Assembly (NCBI RefSeq): GCF_006345805.1
Contig: NC_043008.1
Span: 69,936,001 to 70,000,000, forward strand
Origin: Octopus sinensis
Taxonomy: Eukaryota
Direction of reading: 5' to 3'
DNA length: 64,000 nucleotides
Position numbers and translations under genes: made by a program. The notes below the pieces were generated by a model, which worked only from the letters and a program-made list of their open reading frames with translations, searched no databases and was not told the DNA's origin. Positions 1-13,168 of this stretch are shown here, piece by piece; the first letter of the stretch is position 1, and the number at the start of each line of letters is the position of its first letter.

Positions 1-600
1 TGATCTTTCACTGAGCAGGACTACAGTAGGAGGGGAGGTAGTTTTATGCAATGGGTTAAGGGGTTAAAGTGAGAGAGAAAGGACCAGAACAAGTTTCTTG
101 TTGCAAGAGAAACACGAGAGAGATATGAGATATAATAAAGTTGCAAGAGTATGGGGGAGAGGCAGGCACAGTGTTGGAAAGAGTGCAAGATGTATTGAGG
201 TGAACAAAAAAAAAGATAATTTGGTGGCATAGGAAGGTGATCAATGTAAAATGTAAGTGGAAAGGACAGTATTAAAAATGGGGGATGAATATCAAGTGAA
301 GGTTTTTCAGTATTGCAGAAGACAAATAGCATTATGTAAAGCTTGTGAAATATGCAGTTTTCTTCCCATTTAATTACTGTAGTAGAGTAGTGCAGTTAAA
401 GAGATGATAATTGGTGGGATGTCTTGAGGAAATTGGGCAAGGGGCCCAAATGTGCGCACATACACAATTTGCTGTTTTCAGAATCCTTTGTCATCTCTTA
501 TGTGTGGTTCAAATTCCTGAGATCAGCATTCACCACTTCATCCCATATCTTTCTGGCTCTTCCTTTTCTGCAAGCTCCTTTCACAAGGATGCAGGATTAA
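1..600 (-). mobile_element. Degraded RTE-clade LINE 3' end (ORF C-terminus plus CT-rich 3' UTR)
   Basis: Minus strand of ~497-570 translates GACRKGRARKIWDEVVNADLR, matching the RTE C-terminal 'GRPRKTW..V..D' motif also seen at 25240-25290 and 32630-32680. Confidence 0.55.
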
Positions 601-1296
601 GTTTATAATTTGCTAACTGAATATATTACAGTGGATACCTTATGTAATGTGTATATTTGGAAAAATGGGTGTCTTGTATAACTCTATCATCTCACTCTGA
701 CACACATACTCTCTCCCTTTCTTATTCACTGCTATAAGAGATATTATTGGACCAAATATCTGTATTCAATACCATTCCCATTATTCACACTACTGTGCAT
801 ATCTCTCTCACCATGAGGCCACATGTGTGTAATAGGAATTGCATTCAATCTTTTTGTGCTCAATACACTCTTCTATCACTCCATCATGCCATTGCCCACC
901 TCTGTTACTGTCAGTTACTCTCTCTCTACCACACTCTTACCATCACTCATTTGCTGCCATCACTCTACTTTCTACTGCTTGCTCATTCCTGCTCTTCTGC
1001 CATAGAGCTCTCTACTTTCCACCTTCTTGAGCAATGTCTCAGCAATATACCATAGAATAGTGAGAACTTTATAGTTTTATGAGGTACAAGGCAACCTCAA
1101 TAGTGCTGATGTCATAATGATATGCATTCAATATATTCTGTAAATCTGTAAATTAATTGGTGATAAAAAGATACCCAACCATAGCAATATATGCGTGAGA
1201 TAAAGTGCACATTCTAAGAGGGTAGAAACATTGAATGAATACTGATTTAGACTGTACCAACCTGTCCAACCCATGGAAGATGAAAATATATATACC

Positions 1297-1337
<41 letters not shown>

Positions 1338-1534
1338 AGTGTGAGGGATTAACAATCTGGGCAAAATATTTCATAACCTCACTGTTGGCACCATTTGCGT
1401 AAGCCTATCAGTAACGTACCTATAATGACTTCCAGAAACAGCTGTAAGCCAAATGTACTCTAATAAAAGAAAAATATGTAATGACCATTATTATAACTTG
1501 TCTTATATATGTGTATATATATATATATATATAT

Positions 1535-1868
1535 GAAGGCACATGGCTCAGTGGTTAGAGCGTCGAGCTTATGATCGTGAGGTTGTGAGTTCGAATTCTG
1601 GACCGGTCTGCGTGTTGTGTTCTTGAACAAGACACTTTATTTCATGTTGCTCGAGTTTACTCGGCTGTAGGAATGAGTAGCGGTGTCACAGGTGACAAGC
1701 TTTATTGGCTGTTACCTTTCCCTCGGATGACATCAGTGGTGTGGAGAGGAGAGGCCGGTATGCATGGGCGACTGCTGGTCTTCCATAAACAACCTTGCCC
1801 AGACTTGTGCCTGGGAGGGTAACTTTCTAGATGCAATCCTACGGTCAGTCATGACCAAAGGGGGTCTC
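1535..1868 (+). mobile_element. tRNA-derived SINE, family A
   Basis: A box TGGCTCAGTGGTT (1544), B box GAGTTCGAATTC (1587), then CTTGAACAAGACACTTTATTTC core. Homologous copies at 12350 and 54300. Sits in a (TA)n tract. Confidence 0.85.
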
Positions 1869-1984
1869 AGCAGCATATATATATATTTATTGATAGTTTG
1901 CTTAGGCATAGTGATACAAATAACCTGGTGTTAGAACTCGATATACATATGCTTCAGTACAAAGCGTCAGTTTATAGAGCGGTA

Positions 1985-2213
1985 ATAAGAAATTGGAATA
2001 ACAAAACAATTTTTTATGTTATGAACATTTACCTTTATATAAATGTGTTTGCCCAAATAAATTGTGCTTCATGTTTGAAGCTCTGATGAAGTTATAGGGT
2101 AATACTCAAGCACTCAACTATGAGTGCATTGCACCTAATAGCAGAAACAGCTGTAAGCTAATGAAGTTCATAATATATTTGGTTATTTCCTTTGTCATCC
2201 CAATTCCTTATAT
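1985..2213 (+). mobile_element. Fold-back element carrying a hammerhead motif (Penelope-like pLTR derivative or retrozyme candidate)
   Basis: Imperfect inverted arms ~1985-2027 and ~2165-2213 flank the hammerhead core at 2083-2155. Ends in (TA)n. Confidence 0.6.
2079..2159 (+). ncRNA. Minimal type I hammerhead ribozyme motif
   Basis: AGCT-CTGATGA(2083-2089)-long stem II-GAAAC(2144)-AGCT-GTA(2153-2155)-AGCT. Stem I is AGCT/AGCT. Stem III is the palindrome ACAGCTGT. Confidence 0.7.
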
Positions 2214-2241
2214 ATAAATGTGTGTGTTTGTGTGTGTATAT

Positions 2242-2360
<119 letters not shown>

Positions 2361-2740
2361 CATACATACACGCACACAACTATCTATCTATTTACATACA
2401 TACATACAATCACTATAAATGGTTTATTTCAAAATATGTATTGTATAGAATTTGTTAAGATTTCAATTTTGGTGCAGAATATTTAAATATTTGATATGAA
2501 ATATGAAATATTCAATTGAAACTCACTGAAAATATTCATGCGATATATGAATTAATAATAAATTCCAGATATTACATAGGAGAAAAAGTAACACGTTCAA
2601 AAACTGAAATTGGGTTTTAATCGAAAACTGGGCTGTTCAGATGAATTTGTTTTCCTGAAACTCCTGGTTTGACTTCATATTTCTATAGACAACATCATTA
2701 ACTCTCTCTATATATATACATGTAGATGTGTGCATATATG

Positions 2741-2791
<51 letters not shown>

Positions 2792-3217
2792 AGATCAAAT
2801 ATTTCCAGTAGAATATAAAGTGATTAGTTGTGCAAGGTAGCATTAATAAGAGTCAATATGGCGAAAGCCAAAAATATAATGGAATTATGATAGTTCTGTT
2901 ATAGAGTAAGGAGATATTTAATATCTTTCAAAGAACATTTCTTCGTTGGAGAATAGATAACGAATTCTGGTAGGAAATATTAGATTTATCTATTTATTTA
3001 ATTTTTCTTTTTCCTTTCTTTTCCATGCTGTAAACTTACATGACACTGTAGGTGGTTGCTTGACCTATTAGAAATAGCAACCAAGTCTTGGTGAGATTTG
3101 GAATCAGAAATTAATCCTATTTATTCTCAACCTGTCTGGGACCACCTTTGCTTCTGTGACACAATGTTTGTTTTAAAGCGCTGTAAATTCAAACCTTCGA
3201 ATGAGATTTCTTGTAGC

Positions 3218-3410
3218 ATGCTGGGTAAAATGCTTAGTGACATTTTGTCCATCTTCAATGTTCTGAGTTCAAATTCTGCCGAAGTTGATTTTGCCTTTCA
3301 TTCTTTCAGGGTCAATAAAATAAGAAGCAGTTGAACATTGGAATTGATGTAATTGACTTACCCCTCCTCTGAAATTGTTGGCCTTGTGCCAAAATTTGAA
3401 ATCAATTTAT
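3218..3410 (+). mobile_element. SINE family B, 5'-partial
   Basis: GTTCTGAGTTCAAATTC...GCCTTTCATTCTTTCAGGGTCAATAAAATAAG motif shared with many copies (16527, 44920-46050, 56455-57290). Confidence 0.8.
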
Positions 3411-3534
3411 GTTCCAAACAGCAGCTTAATAATGACAATTTTCAAAATTTATTAAAACAAAGTTAGGAAGTTCCCCAGCATGACTCTAATGACTGAAACA
3501 AGTAAAAGATAAATGATATATCTTGACTGAAATT

Positions 3535-4269
3535 GGCATTTAAACTGGCCATATCTGATCAAAAGAATCTACCTGTTTTATGTTCAAACTGGTTAGATCT
3601 GGCCTCTCACACTTACCCTACAATATCTTTCTAAAAATAAACAAATCACATCATCGAAATCTTAAAGCTACAAAGTCATGCACGACTAATTCATACCAAT
3701 GTCAATCTATATATATAAAACTGTAGTTGTGTGAGTGTCTGTCCCCTTCGATTTAGATTCCTAACTCCTCCCACATTTTGCAGTGCAGTTTAACCAAATT
3801 CGGGTATCTTATAGTCGTGATTAATATCGAGCCCGTCTGGCTATTAGCGCGCGTCTACGATGAGTCTACGATTTTAAAAATAATTTAACATCATTTTTTA
3901 TTCCATTTTAATGCATAATTTTTTGTGTGTCGATGGCGGCGGAGTTGGCGTCCACGCTGAAACACCTGCACCTGTGTTTGCTTCTCCCCCTTCTTCCCTC
4001 CCTCGTGAAGCTATGGGGAAGGGAGTGTAAGGAAATCAACGTCGTAATGTGTTGTCAAGGAGACCAGCGTTCTTTTAGAACAACGACTTCATGGCTTGAA
4101 GACACCAAAACAGAAATGGCTAAGAAAGCCCGAATTGGCATCTATAAGGGAAGTAACTCTCTAAAAATGCTTATATAGTTATTTCCCTTACAAACCCGAG
4201 CAACGCCGGGCGATACTGCTAGTTATTAATAATTACATTTAACAAAGTAATCTGAATGCAAAAGGGTTA
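3535..4269. mobile_element. piggyBac-like MITE remnant, interrupted by a Helitron
   Basis: Ends in ...GCAAAAGGGTTA (CCCT/AGGG terminus with partial TTAA), like the MITE at 59907. Split at 3705/4223. Confidence 0.45.
3706..4222 (+). mobile_element. Non-autonomous Helitron, 517 bp
   Basis: Starts TCTATATATATAAAA after an A. Ends with GC hairpin CCCGAGCAACGCCGGG then CTAG, followed by T. A|T insertion with no TSD. High CpG retention. Confidence 0.85.
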
Positions 4270-4319
4270 GAGGCTTATAATTAAATACCAAGCTTAAGTA
4301 CATACACTTTATATTTTTT

Positions 4320-4757
4320 TTACTTGTTTCGGTAACTAGACTGTGGCCTTGCTGGAGTACCTCCTTGAATTTTTAGTCAGATGAATTGTCCCCAGTACTT
4401 ATTTTTTGTTAAGGTTGGTACTTATTCTATCAGTCTCTCTTGTCAAATCACTAAACTACAGGGACATGAACAAACAAATACCAGTTGTCAAGCAGTGATG
4501 GGGCAATAATCACAGACAGAAAAACACATACATAGTGATACATATACATATATATATGTATATATTCAATATATATATATATGTATATAGACACAATGAG
4601 CTTCTTTCAGTTTCCATCTACCTAATCCACACACAAGGCTTTGGTCGACTTGAGGCTATAGTTGAAGACACTTGCTCAAGGAGCCATGCAGTGGGACTGA
4701 ATCCAGAACCATGTGGTTAGGAAGCAAGTGTCTTACCACACAGCCATGCCTGCTCCT
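4320..4757 (-). mobile_element. tRNA-derived SINE, family C (full length, internal microsatellite)
   Basis: Minus strand starts GGCATGGCTGTGTGGTAAG...GATTCAGTCCC (A/B boxes), then CTTGAGCAAGTGTCTT. Homologous to 31612(+) and 52405(-). Confidence 0.85.
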
Positions 4758-5224
4758 ACATTGTTCAGCAATCTATCATTTCTAGCAATTCATCATTTTT
4801 AATAAAAATGACATTCCTTATCACCATTGTGGTTGACAACATCATCATTTTAACCCTTAGGAGATAGCAGGGCTAATCTATCAGCCAAATGGTTGAATGA
4901 TGTTAGTTCATTCAGTTTCCTACAAGAATATATATAGTTTTATATATGTAAAGCAATTACTTTTTTTTTTTTTACATCTTTTTTGAAAAATATGTACATG
5001 CCCTCTGTAGGGGTTGTGAAAAGGTTTCTGTCTTCTTGTCACTGAAACTCTAAATGAGGCTTTGTCTCCATAGAGTTAAATGGCCACTCTTCCAGGTTTG
5101 CAAGGGTTAGATGGAATTCATTGAGGCAGATTTCTACAGCTACAAGTAGTAACTGTTGCCGACCTTGGCCTGATTCCAAGCAAAATAATATGATGGGAAT
5201 GTTTTTCTTATCTCTTACACGTTT

Positions 5225-5610
5225 AGGACATTAGACAGTGGCCATTCTGTGGTACAGTCTTGAAGAATTTTTAGTCAAATGAATCAACCTCAGTACTTAT
5301 TTTTTTTTTTAAGTTTCATACTTATTCTCTTAGTCTCTTTTGCTGAACCAGTAAGTTACGGGGACATAAACATGCCAACACCAGAATGTCAAGTGGTGGT
5401 GCGGGACAAATGCAGACACAAAGATACACATACGCACATATATATGTACGACAGGCTTCTTTCAGTTTCCATCTACTAAATCCACTTATAAGGCCTTAGA
5501 TGGCCTGAGGCTATAAGAGAAGACACTTGTTCAAGGTGTCATGCTGTGGGACTGAACTCAGAACCATGTGTTTGGGAAGCAAGCTTCTTACTACACGGCT
5601 ATGCCTGCTT
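5225..5610 (-). mobile_element. SINE family C
   Basis: Colinear with 4320-4757. Confidence 0.85.
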
Positions 5611-5683
5611 GCTGACTTTTATTACATACTGATAAGACAAGTAGATACAAGCACACATGCACACACATTCATACATGTGTGTG

Positions 5684-5735
<52 letters not shown>

Positions 5736-6019
5736 GTAGGCACAGGCATGACAGTGTTGAAAGAAGCTTGCTACTGAACCATGTGCTCCTGGGTGTGTGT
5801 CATCTTGGGCAAGTGTGTTCTAAAATTTGAACTCAGAATGTTGAGAGGTGTAAGAAATGCTGCTAAGTGTTTTGTCCAATGTGTTTACAAACTCTGCCAG
5901 TTTTCTGTCTTATAATTCATTCTAATTTTGGTAGACAGCCAGTGATTTTGTGGAGAGAGGCCAGGCAACTCAGTTTCATTGTCTCCAGTTGATTAGTCCA
6001 CATTATTCTGTAAGGAGTA

Positions 6020-6225
6020 TAAGGCTAGTTTCCCAGTTTCTCTGGCTTGTATATTCCTCCCTGGATGTGACGCTAGTCTCTCACAGGATTGCTCATTTTT
6101 CCCTGATGAGTGGACTGAAGTAATGAAGCGCTTTGCTCAAGAACACAATACATCACCTGGTCCAGGAATCAAACCCACAATCTTAGGATCATGAGTCCAA
6201 CATGCTAACCACTAAGCCACATGAC
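6020..6225 (-). mobile_element. SINE family A-type
   Basis: Minus strand reads CATGTGGCTTAGTGGTTAG...TCTTGAGCAAAGCGCTT. Similar copies at 42175 and 58855. Confidence 0.75.
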
Positions 6226-6815
6226 TCCGCCTGTTGACTCTAATACTTGACTCATGCCTTATTTTGTATTAACCATGGACTAATGTTTGTTTTGGCTGAC
6301 CCGGGTGGAATTTGAACTCAGAACACTCAGAGCTAACTTGCTAACAACTCTGCCAGCTCACAGCCTATTTGCCTTCTAAATAATAATAATAATAGTAATG
6401 ATATAACAATACCAACAACAATATTAATAACAGTTGCATTAACCCTCTTCCTACCATCACCTTCCCGCTCCCCTTTAAAAAGACAAAACAAGACAAAATG
6501 AAAACCAAAATAAAAGAACAAAAACGGAATAATGTTTAAAGAATAGATATATCGGTATGTCTGAGACGGTGAGTAAAGTGTTACAATGATAGCCGTAATG
6601 TCGTAACAATAGTTAAGAACGAAGACAACAACAGGCACAAGAACAACAACAACGACAACGGTTTGGTGCGATAGTGATTTTTGTGGGTTCCTTGAACAAA
6701 AGACGGAACAAGAATCAATAACGGAGCAAGAATTGATCTCTTTGACACAAAGATGTGTAATTGTAATTGAAGAATATACAGCAAACGATGGCTATATTCT
6801 AAAGGAATGAAATAC

Positions 6816-6954
6816 TGTTGCTGCTATTGCTGCTGCTACTACTACTGCTGCTGCTACTGCTGCTGCTTTATTGTGTGGAACAATGTTCTGTGGGTGTGTG
6901 TGTGTGTGTGTTAGGTTATATGAATCTGTGTGCGAGTGTGTGGAGTAATTCATA

Positions 6955-7019
<65 letters not shown>

Positions 7020-7769
7020 GTGTAAGGCATTATGTGTGTGTGTATGCGTAAGTTTGCTAATCTGTGTGTATATTTGGTTGTATGTGTGTGTGTGTATGAA
7101 TGAATGTATATTAGGCATTGTGTGTGTGTGTGAATGTTAGACATTGTGTCTTTGTATACATGTGTGTGTAAGTGGGCTATCCTACATGTGTGTATGTATT
7201 AGAGGCCATATGTGTCTCTATGTGTCAGGTTATGTATGCACATATGTGTGTGTGTGTGTATTGTAGGGAAGTCAGTATGTGTATATGCTTGCTTTATTTA
7301 TGTTTGGGTATATGTGTTCATGTGTGTGTTTGTGTGTGCTAGACTATCTATCTTTGTGATTATTTTAATATATGTCTGTCTCTCTGGATGTATGTGTTAG
7401 GTTTTATGTATTACTTTGTACATATGATGTAGTTTCTGTGTGCATATGTATGTGTTAGATATGTGTGTGTGCCTGAAAGTATGCACGTGCATACATGTGT
7501 GTATGTTGTGTATATTAGTCTATATGTGTATGTGTTTGTATTAGTCTATAATTGTCTATGTATGCCCTTGTGTATATTAGTGTGTATGAGTGCATCTGTT
7601 AAAGGTACTGTGTGTGTACATATGTAGATAAGGATGTATATATATACATGTCTTTATATGAGTGTATTTTAGGGTAAGATGTGTATATGAGTGTTAAGGT
7701 CAGGGTGTGTACTGAGGTTAGAGTATGTGTGTATGGTGTATACATTGTGTTTGTGTATCTCTCTCTCTC

Positions 7770-7809
<40 letters not shown>

Positions 7810-8120
7810 ATGACTGTGCTTAAATGCATGCCATTTTATATATTGTGATGTATGCATACACACATACACTTATACAAATACACAAACATATACAGACGCA
7901 CCGGTAGATAAACATACGCAAATTAAGTGTAAAATAAAATAAAGTTTAAAACTAATAAATATGAAAAGTGAAATAAAATTTACTGGAAACATTATTTCAA
8001 TAGACACAAAAGCCAGCAATAATAACAACAACAACAATAAAAACAGCAACAACATTAATAGTAATAACAATAATAATTCAAATAGTAGTAATAATAATGT
8101 TAATAATAATTCATTTATTT
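6816..8120. repeat. Compound microsatellite field: (CTG/CTA)n, (TG)n, (TA)n, (AAC/AAT)n
   Basis: Directly visible. Explains the poly-L and HT/YI/CV ORFs. Confidence 0.9.
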
Positions 8121-8728
8121 TGCCAGCAGGACCAATTCATACACACAACAACATGTTACAAAAGGTAGTACAAAGACGTAAGTAAATGTAACATATACAT
8201 ACATACCTATATATACATAAACATATATAATTATATAAAAACGTGTACAGGGCAACAATGTTATACAGACAATATATTAGGACATATTTAAAATTGGTTA
8301 TATAAACACAGATAACTAACAAGAAATAAACAAATAAATATATACATCAATCAATAATAAACATAATAGAAAAATAAGGGAAGCAATTCATGCAAGCCCA
8401 CGCATGAATTGTTAACTGCCACACCTTGAGCTTGATCAGAGCACTCCCCCACCGTGATTCCCTCCTGTTGGTTTGACCTCTGTAAATGTGTAGTGAAAAT
8501 ATTCACTCTCAAGAAGTGTACTCAGGCAGTTCAGATGCCAAGAGTGGGTTAGAATGGGCCTTGTCATCCTGGTTGCTAGAATATAACTGTTTATAGATTG
8601 TTAAACTTGTTTCTTATTTATAGACTATGATTTTTGTTTTACAGAGTTGGAAACCCATCTCTTCAATCTGCTCATTATCATTTCCGTGTTCTTCCTGATG
8701 TTGATTCAAATTGATCCTCATTGGTTAT

Positions 8729-8952
8729 TTAACCCTTTTGTTAGCACATTTCTGTCAAAATACACTGTTATTATTTCAATTAAATTTTAAAATAATGAAG
8801 AATTCAATAGAATAACTTTATCTTTATTAATTTGGTGTCTGAAACGTAAATCTAGTTGAAATTTTGATGGCAGGTTTTAATTCAGATCACTTTATAAACA
8901 AGAATTTTGTATCACAGAACCAGGGGCCAGAATCAGGCTGGTTGGTATTAAA
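8729..8952. mobile_element. piggyBac-like MITE, degraded right end
   Basis: Starts TTAA-CCCTTTTGTT. Colinear with 59903-60131. Confidence 0.55.
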
Positions 8953-10397
8953 ATTCCATGTATTCCAAAGGGAGATATTATTATTTTTTTTTTAAGAGAT
9001 AGAGGTCTTTTCTTGAAATCTTTTCCTATTACTTCCTCTGTTATTACTTCCATGTCCATCCTCCGTCTCCTTCCTATCATGGGGAGGTACTGCTCATTGT
9101 AACCAGGAACAAGGATCCTTGACCATCAACTTCTGGCACTGAGGAGGAGGCAATTTCTTTTGCTATCCTCAAAGCTAGAACTCTGATAACAGCTGTTCTT
9201 ATTGCTGCCTCTGTTGTTACCCATTTCCTATAAGTTTTCAGTTCCTCTGGGTAGAAATCATTCAAATGACTCTTGTTATCACACATAACAGCTGAACTTT
9301 CTATCATCCTGCACCTCCAACCTTATTACTGTTCCCCTTACACCCAACATGAGGGTATAATTACAAGATTGTTTGATGGTTTTGAGGGTGTGGATGCCAT
9401 CCTGACCTGTAGGTTTTGTATGTACCCAGCAACCATATTTCATTCCATAACACTACATCAATATTCATCACTTGCCCTTACTGTGCCATAAAAAGTGACG
9501 AGCCAAGAGTCAATCACCAACAATGTTCTTTGCTGTGACACTTGAGTTATGTCAAGTTGTGAATTGCAGTATCAGCTTATGGGAAGATACTCAACATCTA
9601 ATCATGGAGCTTCTGTCATGCTATACATCATTCAGAGCTTCTTTTGAGTGATTATTCATAGACATGTAGAAACTTCCCCTGGCCCACGCAAAGTGGAAGC
9701 ATATTACCTCCCTCATTCCAGAATTCCTCAGGCAAGAAGGCAGACACTTTTATAATATGCTGCTACCATGGCTCTTTGTTTTTAACTGAATTCAAATCAT
9801 GTCTGAAACCTTCTCTTGGCTCATAATATTTGTAAAGGAACTGTTAGTATTTTTGTTAGTAAAGCTCAAGTTCGTGATGCTGCTGTTCATTGCTAGTACT
9901 CTTATTTATATCATGCAAATTTGCATTTTCGGGTGCAAAAGTGTTATTGTCTGCATATTTGTGAGTGGATCATTGAAAATTTTTTCTGCTTTTCTTTCTT
10001 TTTTTTTTTTGGAATTCTCTTATGTTTTTGCTTTTGTAAGTTTGAAATGTATTTGAAAATTTTCTTCTAATGGAGGTGTATCTAATGCTACTTCCTTTCT
10101 TATTAGCACCTCTTACTGCCCCCCTCAAGGAAGAAACCATACTGAATAGAATGCAAAAACATGAAATATTTTTGAAAGCAAATAAAATGTCTAAAAGACA
10201 GACTTGATATTGGGAATGATGTACAAATGTATCGAAGTCCCCTGTTTGTAAAATAGTAAAAAAATATAAACATTAAAGAATGAAAATAAAAATTAAACAT
10301 CCTATAAAATTTGTTAATAATCAATTTTTTCATGGCTGTCTCTTGAGACATCCATCTGCTTCAAAATATAATAGTAATAATAATAATAATAATAATG

Positions 10398-10436
<39 letters not shown>

Positions 10437-10819
10437 GCAACATTGTGAACAGCATTAATATTAATGACTGTGGTAGTGCTGACGATGACAGGATGATGAT
10501 GATGGTGATAGTGATGGTTGTGTTCATGATAATGCTGACAGTGTTGGTTACCATGGTTACAATATTCTACTATTACCGCAACTATTACCACTACCTCTAC
10601 TACTATTACTGACAGTAACAACAGTAACATTGGCTGAATAGTGTGCATATGAAATAAAACTCTGAGTAATAAGGTAGTGAATCCTCTTCCTCACCATCAA
10701 TAATGGCAGCATCATAACAACAGTAGTATCATCATTTGAATAATTTTTCTGTTTTAATGTTTGCATGAGATTTTCTTCAGTCCAGCCTCACCATTTACTT
10801 GTAACCTCTTGTCTGGAAT

Positions 10820-11190
10820 TCACCCTCCTGTGATCTTCTGCCTTTACCATGTCTTCCTATGTCTTCCTTGACATTTCATCAAACTGATGCCCTCCATACA
10901 CATCACACCTCCAGAGCAGCGAAATTTCTTTTTGGCACTCTACCATTTTAGTTCTTCACATTCCCAATTTTTCTCCCTTCTCATCTATGTTCCACTACTG
11001 ACCTTGCATTTTCTCTCAAGCATCTCACATACTTCATATTTAATGACCAGATTCCAATGCCACGCATCATCATGCTTTCATAAAAATGCATTATATAACC
11101 AACCTTTCACTTTGAGAGAGAATTTCTTGTTAGCACAGATAACTCCCAAACAGTTTTTCTACTTCAATTTTATCCTTGTGCTGCGTGTAT
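10820..11190 (-). mobile_element. Old RTE LINE fragment
   Basis: Minus strand has TTCTCTCTCAAAGTGAAAGGTTGGTTATATAATGC (FSLKVKGWLYNA), matching the post-RT region at 24940-24975. Confidence 0.55.
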
Positions 11191-11497
11191 TCTGCACCAG
11201 CCAAATTCTTGTGAGTGGATTTAGTAGACAGAAACAGAAAGAAGCCCATATTGTGTATGTATCATTATCAATCATCACCAATCATCATCATCATCATCAT
11301 CATGATGCTCACTTTTCCATGCTTGAACAGGTTAGGTGAAAATTATTGAGGCAGATTTTCTACGGTTGAATGTCCTTCCTCTCCCTAAACCTGTCCATAT
11401 TTCTAAACAAGGTAATATTTTCCCTTGGCCAAATGTGTTTCTGCAGAATATTGAAAATGAAAGATGCAGCTCGTATGACTCTAATATTTATTATCAT

Positions 11498-11685
11498 TAA
11501 GGTGGTGGGCTGGCAGCATTGTTAGCATACCAGGCAAAAAGCTTAGCAAGCATTTCAGGTATCTTCACGTTCTGAGTTCAAATTCCATTGAGGTCAACTT
11601 TGCCCTTCATTCTTTCAGGGCCAATAAAATAAGTACCAGTTGAGCACTGAGGTTGATGTAATAGACTTACCCTCTCCCCTGAAAG
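11498..11685 (+). mobile_element. SINE family B
   Basis: AAGGTGGTGGGCTGGCAG head, GTTCTGAGTTCAAATTCC and TAAAATAAGTACCAG motifs. Confidence 0.85.
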
Positions 11686-11844
11686 TATCATTTACGACTA
11701 TCATGTTAAGTCACAATAAAGACACGCATATATACATACCTCTCTCTCTCTCTTCCTCTCTCTCTCTTCGTCTCTCTCTCTCTCTGTCTCTCTCTCTCTC
11801 TGTCTGTCTGTCTCTCTCTGTCTCTCTCTCTCTATATATATATA

Positions 11845-12012
11845 TGATGGCCTTCTTTCAGTTTTTAACCATCAAATCCTTTCACAAGGCAAAGCTTTGA
11901 TTGGCTTAGAGCTATAGTAGCTGACACTTGCCCAAGGTACCATACAGTGGGACTGATCCTGAAACCATATGTTTGGAAAGCAACATTTTTAACCCTACAG
12001 CCATGCCTGTGC
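11845..12012 (-). mobile_element. SINE family C, 5' half
   Basis: Matches the head of family C copies. Confidence 0.8.
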
Positions 12013-12349
12013 TTATGATATATATGTGTGTGCGTGTGTGTTTGTATGCGTGTTGATTTGGAAGACAGAAACTGAAAGAAGCCTTCTTAGCAAATATATC
12101 ACCATCATAATATCCACTTTCGCATGCTTGAATGGATTTGATGAAATTCATTGAGAGAGATTTTCTATGGCTAAATACCGCATCATCTAATTACTGATGT
12201 GCATAAATAGACTGTGCTTCCCACTGTCCCTATATAGTATCTAGTGAAACCACAGCCAAGGTAATGGGCTTTGGTGGATTGGACCCTGTTGAGCTTCCAA
12301 CATATGTATGTATACACACAGACACACACACACACACACATATATAATG

Positions 12350-12625
12350 CAGGTGTGTGGCTTAGTGGTTAGAGCATTCGGCTCACGATCAACAGGTTGT
12401 GAATTCAATTCCCGGTGTCGCGTTGTGTCCTTGAGCAAGACACTTTATTTCTCATTACTCTAGTCTACTCAGCTGGCAAAAATGAGTAGTACCTGTATAT
12501 CAAAGGGGTGGCCTTGTCACGTTAAGGATACACGTGTCTAGGGAGCGCTCAGCCATTTGCATGTTAATCTCACGAGCAAGCTGTTCTGTTGATCATATCA
12601 GCTGGGACCCACATTGCTGTAATTG
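12350..12625 (+). mobile_element. SINE family A
   Basis: GTGGCTTAGTGGTTAGAGC A box, GAATTCAATTCC B-box-like, CTTGAGCAAGACACTTTATTTC core. Confidence 0.85.
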
Positions 12626-12637
12626 ACAATGCTCTAT

Positions 12638-12686
<49 letters not shown>

Positions 12687-13028
12687 ACATACATACACGC
12701 AAACACATATATGAACATAAACATGCATATATATAGATATGTATGTATCACCTTTGTTTTGACATCACATGATAGTTGAAAGTGACCATCATGGGCGTAG
12801 AAGTGATATTTTTTGTTTGAATCTTCTATGAAGAACATGTCTGGTCACAGGGGAACATGTCTGGTTGCTTGGAAACAGATGAGATGTGGCAACATGAAGG
12901 GCATCCAACCATAGAACGTCTGCCTCAACATATTGTGCCTGACACATGCAAGCATGAAAAGTGGATATTTATATGATAATGATATATACTAAAGTTAGTG
13001 TTTTTCAAATTAAATTCATATGTGTGTG

Positions 13029-13091
<63 letters not shown>

Positions 13092-13135
13092 GTATATGTA
13101 CATACATATATATATATCTACATACATGCATAAAT

Positions 13136-13168
<33 letters not shown>

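Noticed and set aside
1535-1610. tRNA gene
   Set aside because: A and B boxes are present but it continues into a multicopy SINE body and lacks a proper acceptor stem.
6102-6122. CCCTGATGAGTGGACTGAAG as a hammerhead core
   Set aside because: It lies inside a SINE A copy (other copies read CAGCTGAGTRGACT on the equivalent strand) and has no GAAA or stems.
9077-9307. 76-aa minus-strand ORF with protein-like composition
   Set aside because: No recognisable motif; the region looks like decayed repeat sequence.
12190-12266. CTGATGT...GAAACCACAGCC hammerhead-like motif
   Set aside because: Core and cleavage triplet both deviate and the stems are unconvincing.
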